IMG/VR virus record: IMGVR_UViG_3300046501_000233
Location: 1-64,000 of that record
Direction: 5' to 3' (one strand)
Length of the DNA: 64,000 bases
Origin: a virus
In this document: positions 27,668 through 35,801 of the stretch, piece by piece
Layout of the letters: the number at the start of each line of letters is the position of its first letter
Position numbering within the stretch: the first letter of the stretch is position 1
Program-made: the position numbers and the translations under genes
The notes under the pieces: generated by a model
What the model was told of the DNA's origin: nothing
The model's input: only the letters and a program-made list of their open reading frames with translations
Databases searched by the model: none

Positions 27668-28288
27668 ATGCCGTCGCTGATCCTTCCCGGCCACCCGCTC
27701 TTCCCATTGAAGAGCAACGCCTACGGACTCGCGATGATCGACCCGCCGTGGCGCTTCACGACCTACTCGGCGAAGGGCAAAGGCAAGTCGGCCGAGCAGC
27801 ACTATCCGACGATGACGATGGACGAGATCCTCGCGATGCAGGTCGCAGATCTCGCACACCCTGCCGGGATGTACGTTTGGCTGTGGGCGACCGCTCCAAT
27901 GTACGACGAAGCCCGCGCATGCTTCGACGCCTGGGGCGTGAAGTACGTCACGCAGGGCGTCTGGGTGAAGACGACCAAGGCCGGGCTGCCGCACTTCGGC
28001 ACGGGCTACATCCTGCGCAACACCCACGAGCCGTTCCTGATCGGCAAGGTGGGCAAGCCCAAGATCCATTCCCGCTCGATCCGCTCCGTCATCATGGCGC
28101 AGCGCCGTGAGCACTCCCGCAAGCCGGATGAAGCCTACGTGGCCGCCGATGCCATGGCCGGACCCGACGCGCTGAAGGCCGACGTGTTCAGCCGCGAGGT
28201 TCGTCCTGGCTGGGACGCATGGGGCAACGAAGTCAGCAAGTTCGCTGCCGCCAACGACAACGACAGCGCGATCAGCGCCGCCGCCTAA
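27668..28288 (+). CDS. MT-A70 family adenine methyltransferase
   Basis: DPPW, HYPTM, WLWAT, GTGYILRNTHE, REHSRKPDE, FSRE.RPGWDAWGNE. Confidence 0.9.
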   Translation: MPSLILPGHPLFPLKSNAYGLAMIDPPWRFTTYSAKGKGKSAEQHYPTMTMDEILAMQVADLAHPAGMYVWLWATAPMYDEARACFDAWGVKYVTQGVWVKTTKAGLPHFGTGYILRNTHEPFLIGKVGKPKIHSRSIRSVIMAQRREHSRKPDEAYVAADAMAGPDALKADVFSREVRPGWDAWGNEVSKFAAANDNDSAISAAA

Positions 28289-28308
28289 AATCAACCTGGA
28301 GAACTGAA

Positions 28309-28926
28309 ATGAAACGATCCGTCGTCGCGCTCTCGTGCGCCATCTTCCTCACCGCATCATTCTCAGCCGCCGAGGCGCGCCCCCGCCACCACAAGCATCC
28401 CTCGGCCAAACATCACGTCGTCAAGAAGTATGTCGCGAAGTCCTATACGCGATCGCGCATAAACCGAGAATATACGCGATCACGTATATCATCCCGCAAA
28501 TATATGCCGTCGCGTGTAGCGCAGCCGCAGCAGGAGCAGTCGTTCTTCGGCGGCTTCCAGCAGAGCATGGACAGCGGATTTTCGGCAGGCAGCGGTGCTG
28601 TCTCCCGCGCCCGTCAGTATATCGGCGCCACGGCGCGCGAGGTGGGCGTCAGATCGTCCCTCTGGTGCTCAGCCTTCTTGCGCAAGGTCACTGGCGCCTC
28701 TGGTGTTGACGACCGCGCCCTCTCTTGGGAGCACAAGCAGCGCATCGCCCCGCAGGTTGGAGCAATCGTCACCATGTCGCGCGGCCGGCGCGGTGGCCAC
28801 GTTGGTATCGTCTCCGGCTTTGACGCCAACGGCAATCCTCGCGTGATCAGCGGAAACCACGGCAATCGCGTGGCGGAGTCCGTGTATCCGCGTTCCCGCA
28901 TCCGCGGCTGGTACTCGGCATCATGA
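28309..28926 (+). CDS. Secreted CHAP/TIGR02594-like cysteine hydrolase
   Basis: Signal peptide; WCSAFL, GGHVGIV, ISGNH. Confidence 0.7.
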   Translation: MKRSVVALSCAIFLTASFSAAEARPRHHKHPSAKHHVVKKYVAKSYTRSRINREYTRSRISSRKYMPSRVAQPQQEQSFFGGFQQSMDSGFSAGSGAVSRARQYIGATAREVGVRSSLWCSAFLRKVTGASGVDDRALSWEHKQRIAPQVGAIVTMSRGRRGGHVGIVSGFDANGNPRVISGNHGNRVAESVYPRSRIRGWYSAS

Positions 28927-29342
28927 GGTACGTCGCAGGTTTCATGATCGACAACGACGATCAGCTCGCCCTCGTCCGCAAGACCAAGCCCGCGTGGCAG
29001 GCTGGTCGCCTCAATGGCATCGGCGGAAAGATCGAGGACGGCGAACCTCCGCTCGCGGCCATGTGCCGGGAGTGGAAGGAAGAGACGGGCCACACCTACG
29101 ACCACTGGGATCTGTTTGCCACGATCGTGCTGCCGGACGCGACGGTCTATTTCTTCAAAGCGATCGTCGAGCAGCTGCCTCTCCTCTGGAATGTCAATGA
29201 CTCGGGAGAGCCTCTTGAGGTTCACCGGTTCGCCGACGTCGTGCGTCGCACGGACATGATCCAGAACCTGAAGTGGCTACTGCCTCTGGCGTTCGAAGAT
29301 CCAGATGGGTTCAAGGTCAATGCGGAGCTTCCGGCGGCATGA
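28923..29342 (+). CDS. NUDIX hydrolase
   Basis: GGKIEDGEPPLAAMCREWKEETG Nudix box. Confidence 0.9.
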   Translation: MRYVAGFMIDNDDQLALVRKTKPAWQAGRLNGIGGKIEDGEPPLAAMCREWKEETGHTYDHWDLFATIVLPDATVYFFKAIVEQLPLLWNVNDSGEPLEVHRFADVVRRTDMIQNLKWLLPLAFEDPDGFKVNAELPAA

Positions 29343-29563
29343 GTGAAGACTATGTCGAGCGACTCCACATTGTCGCGAAAGGCCGCGTTAGCACCACGAA
29401 GAGGGTGTTTGAGGGCCGGACGAAGTATCTCCCCACAGTCGCTGGGATGATCTGCCAGATCAGCCAGGAAGAGGAGGACTGCTTTGTAACCAGCAAGGCA
29501 GCTCTGAAGGCGGCAATTGAATTTCAGATTGAAGCGGTGCGCCGCCTAACGGGAGAAGCCTGA
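29339..29563 (+). CDS. Hypothetical protein
   Basis: Coupled ORF. Confidence 0.45.
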   Translation: MSEDYVERLHIVAKGRVSTTKRVFEGRTKYLPTVAGMICQISQEEEDCFVTSKAALKAAIEFQIEAVRRLTGEA

Positions 29564-30117
29564 TGTCGCTGTCAGTTAACCAAGACGACTATTGCTGCAA
29601 GGGGTGCATGAGCATCGGCAGTGGGTGCGGAAAGTGTAGCCGCTGCATGCAATGGAAGGCGAGCGGCGGAAAGGTACATCCTAATGGCATCGACTCCGCG
29701 GTGCAGCCCGCAGTTAGTCCGCTGGAGCAGCTCCGGCAGATGCTCAATGAGGCGCAAGAGCGTGGTCTGAAGGACATTCGCTTTGAATGGGCTGAAGGCG
29801 CTGAAACTCTGACCGCCGACGAGCGGGCGAATGCCGTCATCGAATGGCTGAACGCCACAAAGGCGTGGGACGCCCTCTCCACTGAAGACAAGATGCGGGA
29901 GCAGATCAAGCAATCCTACGAGAGCCTGAGCAACGTGATCGATCTCTGCAAGACCGACTTACGGTCAACGCTCAATCATGAGTCGATATCGCGCCGATCT
30001 AAGGTTTTCGGCGGCATCGAACAAGCGATGCTTCTGCTCGGCAACTGGATAGACAACGACACAAAGACGGCCATCCGCAAGGCGCGGAAGCCACTCGAAG
30101 AACAGAACGGAGCCTGA
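29563..30117 (+). CDS. Hypothetical protein with N-terminal Cys cluster
   Basis: CCKGC...CGKCSRC. Confidence 0.55.
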   Translation: MSLSVNQDDYCCKGCMSIGSGCGKCSRCMQWKASGGKVHPNGIDSAVQPAVSPLEQLRQMLNEAQERGLKDIRFEWAEGAETLTADERANAVIEWLNATKAWDALSTEDKMREQIKQSYESLSNVIDLCKTDLRSTLNHESISRRSKVFGGIEQAMLLLGNWIDNDTKTAIRKARKPLEEQNGA

Positions 30118-30119
30118 AA

Positions 30120-30590
30120 ATGTACGATGTGAAATACGACAACACCCCAGCCGAAGTCTTCTCGCCCGTCCAGGAGCCAGTGGTCGAATACAAGAACAAT
30201 CCGACCGTCGTGTGCGTGCTACTGCCGAGACGCGACGACAAGCTGATCCTGATCCGACGCGGCCTGAAGGATGGCTACGGAAAGCTTGCGCTGCCCGGCG
30301 GCTTCCAGAACCACGGCGAGAATATGCGCAAGGCCGCAGTCCGCGAAGTCCTGGAGGAGACCGGCATCGAGATCGATGAGAACGCCCTACTGCTCGTCAG
30401 CGGAGACACCGATGAGTATGGCCACAACGTCCTCATCTTCCTCTACATGCGCGAGATCGAGGTCGACCAGGTGTTCGCCCCGCGAAACGACGGCGAGATC
30501 CTCGCAGTGGTTCCTGTCAGCGCTGCCGTTGAGACCGCGTACCCGATGCACACGGAAGCGGTGGCCCGATATTTCCAGGGGGCGGCATGA
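30120..30590 (+). CDS. NUDIX hydrolase
   Basis: LALPGGFQNHGENMRKAAVREVLEETG. Confidence 0.9.
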   Translation: MYDVKYDNTPAEVFSPVQEPVVEYKNNPTVVCVLLPRRDDKLILIRRGLKDGYGKLALPGGFQNHGENMRKAAVREVLEETGIEIDENALLLVSGDTDEYGHNVLIFLYMREIEVDQVFAPRNDGEILAVVPVSAAVETAYPMHTEAVARYFQGAA

Positions 30591-30693
30591 CACTTCGCAA
30601 ACGCCTATACCGCTGGCGCTTCGGCGGGTTCGTGCAGAACCTGATCGAACGCGCCTACTGCGAGAAGCAGGGCTATTGGCATTGGGGAATGTG

Positions 30694-30951
30694 ATGGCTG
30701 AGATCGCAACCTATCGCTCGGGCCAGTGCCGAGCCAACACCCACGCCCTGATGCACACCTATGCCGAGATGGACGATGGAGAGCTGTGGCCCATGTGCGG
30801 CTACGGCTGGAACCGTAGCAACGGAGACCGCTTCTCGATCTTCCGGGGGTCTCCTGGCACCGAAGGTGATTGCAAGATCTGCGCTCGCAACGTGCGCCTG
30901 AAGAAGCCTCCGGTGATGGAAGGCTTCGAGCACAAGACGCGCTATCTCTGA
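30694..30951 (+). CDS. Hypothetical protein
   Basis: TGATG coupling; PMCGYGW...CKIC. Confidence 0.5.
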   Translation: MAEIATYRSGQCRANTHALMHTYAEMDDGELWPMCGYGWNRSNGDRFSIFRGSPGTEGDCKICARNVRLKKPPVMEGFEHKTRYL

Positions 30952-31136
30952 TGCTTGTCCAGGTGGACGGCGGCCACTTCTGCTGCGGCATCATCCTGGA
31001 GGACGACGTCGTCGTGGAGGCGGCGCCGATCCTCCGGAAGTGGATCATCGGGAAGCAGCGCGACTGGCTCCGCTCCTATTTCAAGCGTAAAGGCTGGAAG
31101 GCCGTGATCGTAAAGGAGATGTGCGGTGACCACTAG
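30951..31136 (+). CDS. Small phage hypothetical protein
   Basis: HFCCGI...EAAPILRKW...KGW. Confidence 0.55.
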   Translation: MLVQVDGGHFCCGIILEDDVVVEAAPILRKWIIGKQRDWLRSYFKRKGWKAVIVKEMCGDH

Positions 31137-31326
31137 GCGCGAGAGAATTGAGGCCATTCTGAAACGCGGTGATCCGAGTGAGATCCTCGCGGCATTGCCA
31201 GGGCCTTGTGGTTGCCTTGGTCCGCGCGATGGCGAGCCTGAGTGCGTCTGCCGCATGACTGACAAGCAGATCCGCAGCGCGGTATCGGTCTACGCGCTCC
31301 AGCATGGCAAGCTGCTGAAGCGCTGA
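31126..31326 (+). CDS. Small Cys-rich hypothetical protein
   Basis: AGGAG RBS; CGCLGP..GEPECVCRM; last gene of the plus-strand block. Confidence 0.5.
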   Translation: MTTRRERIEAILKRGDPSEILAALPGPCGCLGPRDGEPECVCRMTDKQIRSAVSVYALQHGKLLKR

Positions 31327-31470
31327 TTGCTTATATACCCCAGAGACTGCGGGCCATGGCCCGTAGTCCGATGTCCGCCAGATAGGCGAGACCGAAGCCT
31401 GTAGCGACAATCGATGTCCAGGCACCGGCCGCCGAGCCCACGGCGCGCCACTTATCCCCTCGCGTGATGA

Positions 31471-31701
31471 TCACGACGCCTTTTCCAGCGCTTCGAGGAA
31501 GTGCATCCGGCCGCCGCGATCGATGCACACGTCGACCCGGTTGATCCGGTGATGATCCATTCCGTGCTTTGCACAGAGGCCGGCCGCAACTTCCATCTTG
31601 GCGTTGTAGGACTTCTCCAGCGCAACGAGCTTATAGCCCGCGCCTGCAAAGCCGACGCCAAGGCAGGTGGTGAAGATGGCCATGATATAGAGCCCCCTCA
31701 C
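31471..31701 (-). CDS. Small membrane-anchored protein
   Basis: N-terminal hydrophobic helix; overlap with upstream gene. Confidence 0.5.
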   Translation of the reverse strand: MRGLYIMAIFTTCLGVGFAGAGYKLVALEKSYNAKMEVAAGLCAKHGMDHHRINRVDVCIDRGGRMHFLEALEKAS

Positions 31702-31946
31702 GACAGCTCTTTCATGGTTGCCAGCTCCAGCTTGAGCGCAGCCAGGTATTCGAACAGTCGGCGGACGTAATAGCCACGGATGATCGAGATCACGGTGAAG
31801 GCGGACACCATGCCGACGCTCTGCCAGAGGTTCGGGTGCATCCCGAACAGCGGCAGGATCGCGAAGTTGGCGAAGACGGAGATGACGAAAGCGATCGCGT
31901 TATTCGCGACCGCCTCCACCAGCGACATACGCTTGGACTGCGCCAT
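31698..31946 (-). CDS. Small two-TM phage membrane protein
   Basis: QSKRMSLVEAVAN...FTVISIIRGYYVRRLF. Confidence 0.65.
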   Translation of the reverse strand: MAQSKRMSLVEAVANNAIAFVISVFANFAILPLFGMHPNLWQSVGMVSAFTVISIIRGYYVRRLFEYLAALKLELATMKELS

Positions 31947-32620
31947 CAGATGCGAGCCAACGTGAGTAGGCCCAGAGCCGCGGTGCTCTGGGGCGATCCC
32001 TTCTGCGTGGTCGCGGCGACGTATTTCGCGTGCGAGAGCATCGCCTCGTCGAGATCGTCGTACAGCGCCTGGACGTCACCATCGTTGTGGATGATGAAGC
32101 TCGGGGTGAGGCGGTCCGTGCGCTCGCTGTCGTGCACGCCCCACATCAGACCGAAACGGTCGAACAGGAACTTGCCGAGCTTGCCCCACTTGAAGGCGAC
32201 CGGGCCGGTGCCGGGACGCACGATCATGATGGTGAAGCCGCCGAGCAGCTGGATCTCTCGCTCCTCATTGGGGAAGCGCACGGAGTCGTTCATGACGTTG
32301 CCGGCGTTGCGGGTGAGACGCGCCCAGGTCTTCGCCCAAACGTCCTGGGACACGCGCTCGCGGCCCCATTCGGTGCCGATCGAGATCTGCAACTCGCGAC
32401 CACTCTTCCCGATCTCCGGGATCACCTGCTCCTTGAGGTCGCCCTCCAGATAGCGCGTGATCATGTCGCTCGGGATGCCGTTGTTCTTCAGTAGAACGGC
32501 GAGCATGGACCGCAGCGTCTCTGCGATGTGCATGCGCTGGAAGCCGTACTTCTCCTCCAGATAGAGGGCAGCGGTGGTCTTGCCGGCCTGGGCATAGCCA
32601 GACAGTCCGATAGCGGTCAT
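31946..32620 (-). CDS. Deoxynucleoside monophosphate kinase
   Basis: IGLSGYAQAGKTT, RELQISIGTEWGR, DSVRFPNE, HDSE. Confidence 0.85.
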   Translation of the reverse strand: MTAIGLSGYAQAGKTTAALYLEEKYGFQRMHIAETLRSMLAVLLKNNGIPSDMITRYLEGDLKEQVIPEIGKSGRELQISIGTEWGRERVSQDVWAKTWARLTRNAGNVMNDSVRFPNEEREIQLLGGFTIMIVRPGTGPVAFKWGKLGKFLFDRFGLMWGVHDSERTDRLTPSFIIHNDGDVQALYDDLDEAMLSHAKYVAATTQKGSPQSTAALGLLTLARI

Positions 32621-32659
32621 TTGCTTTCCTTCTCCATTTTGATGCAAACAAACGTCAGG

Positions 32660-34606
32660 TCACACGAATGCCGCGACGGCCCCGGTGCTGATCTCTTCAG
32701 GGCGCCACTTCCCGTTCTGCAGGGTGACGAGGGTGCGCTTGCCATCCGCGTATTGCAGGATGTGCGTGACCGCCCAGCCGGACGGCCCCTTGTTGTAGCC
32801 GTGGCGCAGGTTCATCGCGCCGGCCACATAGACTCCGTCCATGATCTCGGGTGAGTGCTTGTCGCCGATCGACATCTTACGACCGATGCGAGCGAAACCG
32901 GCCACAGTCCCCTTGGCGCCATTGGCACCGCGGAAGCCGTGGTTACCGACCTCAATTCCGTCGATCAGGTGGCTGTAGCCATCGTGGCACCACTGGACAT
33001 AAGGCAGGTCGATCTTGCGGCGGACCGCCCATTCGAACAGCGAGAAGCGCGGCACCGGCAGGCCATTATCGAGCGCGTGCGACCGCTCCTCGACGTTCTT
33101 CAGGTAGGCCATTTCCAGCTGCAGGCCGAACATGACGTTGGTGCCATCATTGCGATAGCGCCCCTCACGGGCATACTTCTCCAGGGCGATGTCGTGATTG
33201 CCCTCGGCGACGATGACCATGCGGCTCGCGCTCGACAGCAGAGACAGCAGGTGACCGCCTGTCTCACACTCGTCCTCGACGTTGTCGCGGCCCCGGATGG
33301 CCATCTCGTAGCTGTAGGCATTGTCGTGGACGTGGTGGTGGTTTCGCGCCTCGTTGTCGTGGATGTCGTGAACGATCACATTCTCAGGATCGAGCACGGC
33401 GAACATGCTGTTCCGCTCGCACGAGACCTCCTCCATGTTCCAGCCGAAGGTGGCCAGAGCATTCTTGGGATCGAGCTTGCGGGCGTGAAGATCTGCGATG
33501 GTCATCGCCTTGACGCGGTGGCCGGTGGTGACGTCTGCATTGGCGACGTAGCAATCGAGATCGTAGAACGAACCGTCTTCGCTGGCGGTGATCTGCCGGC
33601 AGAACACGTCGCCATCCTTGTCGAACTGCACCACGGTGGCGCCGAGGATCTGATGGAAGATCGACTTCACGCCGGCCTTGCGCGGGATGATCTTCGGGCG
33701 CGTGACGCAGCCGGTCGTCATCACCTGATGCGCCTGGATGGCGGGATCGGTGGACGGAACGCTCTTGAGCTGGCGCTTGGCGTGCGGGAATACAGCCCAG
33801 CGACCCCGGCTATATGTCACCAGATCCGAGATCGGCGCATTGGCGGTAGGCAGCGTATTCATCTCGCCGGCAAACATGAAATTGCTGCCGATCTTCATCT
33901 GTCCGAAGCACAGATGCGGGACCAGTTCTTCGGCGTAGGTGCGCCCCTGAGGATCGTTCTCAGCCCACCACTGGGTCTCGTAGGTGAACGGGCCGACCAC
34001 AATCTCGGCATTGATCCAGGCAGCGTAGGTCTGCAGGTTCGCCCAGAACTCCTCGTGGAGCATGGTGTCGTTCTGCGCGGCGGTGAAGATGAAGTTCTTG
34101 CGGCGCGAGTCCTTGATGGGCGCGACACGCAGGGTGTCCTTCATCCAGGTGCGCGGCTTGCCTTCCTTCTCGACGTATTTCCCATACTTGTTGCTCCAGA
34201 CCTGGAGCGTGGGCGAGTCGATGATGACGGCTTCCGGATTGATGACCGGGTATTTCGATTTGGTGATGAGGGTGGTCACGTCGGCCGACAGAAGCTCAGC
34301 GCGGGTGAGCGCGTTGGCGTCGGCGGACAAGGCCTCGCCCGCTTCCACGGACCCGAAGGTCACGGTGGCGGCAGGGGCCGGTGGCACGTAGAGGGACCAG
34401 TCTACGGCGTAGTTCTCCTTGCGGAGCTGTTTCAGCGCTTCTTCGTTGCGCACCCAGTTGGGGAAGTTGATGCCTTCGCGGCGCTCTGCCGTCTTGGTGG
34501 CAGATGCCAGGCCGCCCGTCGCACCCTGGGGGTGGTAGCCGAGCTTGAGCAGGTCTTCGATGACGGCTTTTCTGCGGGCGCGTTCTTCAGAGGAGAGCGT
34601 GGACAT
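32660..34606 (-). CDS. Large metallophosphoesterase-fold protein, T5 A1-like
   Basis: FIFTAAQNDT, ADLH, HDIHD, EGNHD, NHGFRGANGAKG, GDKHSP, YNKGPSGW; family assignment from recalled motifs. Confidence 0.6.
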   Translation of the reverse strand: MSTLSSEERARRKAVIEDLLKLGYHPQGATGGLASATKTAERREGINFPNWVRNEEALKQLRKENYAVDWSLYVPPAPAATVTFGSVEAGEALSADANALTRAELLSADVTTLITKSKYPVINPEAVIIDSPTLQVWSNKYGKYVEKEGKPRTWMKDTLRVAPIKDSRRKNFIFTAAQNDTMLHEEFWANLQTYAAWINAEIVVGPFTYETQWWAENDPQGRTYAEELVPHLCFGQMKIGSNFMFAGEMNTLPTANAPISDLVTYSRGRWAVFPHAKRQLKSVPSTDPAIQAHQVMTTGCVTRPKIIPRKAGVKSIFHQILGATVVQFDKDGDVFCRQITASEDGSFYDLDCYVANADVTTGHRVKAMTIADLHARKLDPKNALATFGWNMEEVSCERNSMFAVLDPENVIVHDIHDNEARNHHHVHDNAYSYEMAIRGRDNVEDECETGGHLLSLLSSASRMVIVAEGNHDIALEKYAREGRYRNDGTNVMFGLQLEMAYLKNVEERSHALDNGLPVPRFSLFEWAVRRKIDLPYVQWCHDGYSHLIDGIEVGNHGFRGANGAKGTVAGFARIGRKMSIGDKHSPEIMDGVYVAGAMNLRHGYNKGPSGWAVTHILQYADGKRTLVTLQNGKWRPEEISTGAVAAFV

Positions 34607-34689
34607 TCGACCCCGGTAATTGTGGAACTCTGCAGCTGAAGGCAAAAAAGCGCTTGACAGCTTGCATTTGCACTAGCACAGAAGGAATG

Positions 34690-34764
34690 CAAATGCAAAT
34701 ATTCGAGCTTCACGGGGGGTGAAGTTGGCCCCGCCAGGGCGCATACCAAGGCGGGGCCGGTTTT
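34690..34764 (+). ncRNA. Candidate small RNA (hairpin plus terminator) downstream of a TTGACA box
   Basis: TTGACA at 34654; CTTCAC-G5-GTGAAG hairpin; TTGGCCCCGCC/GGCGGGGCCGG followed by TTTT, oriented on plus while both flanking genes are minus. Confidence 0.35.
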
Positions 34765-34803
34765 CATCGACGGTGTGCGAGTCCTTCGACGATCGATCGC
34801 CGG

Positions 34804-35133
34804 TTACCCAGCGATATGCTTGAGCCACCAGTCCTTCGTGCCCAGCAAGATGAGGCCGATGGTGCCGGTGACGAGGACGTTGACGATGGTGGTGATGGTT
34901 GCGCCGGACGCCTTCTCGGTGGTCAGACGCAGACGACGGATGAACGCCAGATCGTCGACGAAATCCTCATCGTCCAGCTTCTCCGCGAGCAGGCGAAGCG
35001 CTGCAAATTCGGTCTGAACCTTGATCGGGTTCGTGACATCGAAGCCAAGATGAAGCATCACGGATTCGACGGCACGCTTGGCCGCCTGCTCTGCGATGAG
35101 CACCTGGGTCTGGATCTCTGCATCAGAAGGCAT
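34804..35133 (-). CDS. Single-TM protein of the lysis cassette (holin/antiholin candidate)
   Basis: C-terminal TM helix; follows the spanins. Confidence 0.5.
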   Translation of the reverse strand: MPSDAEIQTQVLIAEQAAKRAVESVMLHLGFDVTNPIKVQTEFAALRLLAEKLDDEDFVDDLAFIRRLRLTTEKASGATITTIVNVLVTGTIGLILLGTKDWWLKHIAG

Positions 35134-35431
35134 TGATCACCTGCAGTTCTGCGAGGCAGGCCGAGGCCTTCTCTTCGCTCTTGTTCTTCCGAACGGCATA
35201 CGCCCGGTACGTCGCAATAACGGCCCGCGGGTCCATGCCGGCTTCGATCGGAGGAAGCCCCTCCTTCTTCAGGAATGCCTGACAGGCTGCGAGAGCACCC
35301 CGGTTGGCGATTACGAGTTCGGAACGGACGACCGCCTCATCACTGGATGGAAAGCAGGCCGCGCACGTCATCGGGAGAAAGAGCGCAAGCAGCACGCTTG
35401 CCGTCTTTCGATTTGCCCAGCTTCGAAACAT
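35123..35431 (-). CDS. o-spanin-like lipoprotein
   Basis: Hydrophobic signal and lipobox-like CAAC; overlaps the 3' end of the i-spanin. Confidence 0.6.
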   Translation of the reverse strand: MFRSWANRKTASVLLALFLPMTCAACFPSSDEAVVRSELVIANRGALAACQAFLKKEGLPPIEAGMDPRAVIATYRAYAVRKNKSEEKASACLAELQVINAF

Positions 35432-35798
35432 AGTCTTCGACTTTCTTCTGAAGAGCTGCGTTCTCATTCTGTTGAGCAGCCAGGCGGGCCGCAGCGTTCT
35501 CTTGTACGCGGCCCAGCTCTTCAAGTTTTCGGTTGGTATAGTCCGCCTGCCCTTTGTGAAGTCCCGCGACGATGCGCGCGAGTTCTAGGTCGCCGTTGAT
35601 CTGAACGATCTGTGCGGCGAGCCGGGCGTTTTCAGCGGCACCAGTGGCGACACCTCGGCCAAAACTCCAGATCCCGAGCAGAGCCAGGAAGAGGATGATG
35701 GCGAAGGTCTTCGCGTAACTGGTGATGAATTTCCAGACGGCTTTCGCACAGCTGGAAACCGTGGGCGCGAGGCCCACGATCTTATCGAAGGTGCTCAT
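35340..35798 (-). CDS. i-spanin-like protein
   Basis: N-terminal TM, periplasmic coiled coil, C-terminal Cys; follows the endolysin. Confidence 0.65.
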   Translation of the reverse strand: MSTFDKIVGLAPTVSSCAKAVWKFITSYAKTFAIILFLALLGIWSFGRGVATGAAENARLAAQIVQINGDLELARIVAGLHKGQADYTNRKLEELGRVQENAAARLAAQQNENAALQKKVEDYVSKLGKSKDGKRAACALSPDDVRGLLSIQ

Positions 35799-35801
35799 GG
35801 T

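Noticed and set aside
32855-34639. Long antisense ORFs (also 41459-42616, 48561-50237, 53075-54295, 59831-61612 and many shorter ones)
   Set aside because: Shadow frames of real high-GC genes on the opposite strand, with no motifs or RBS
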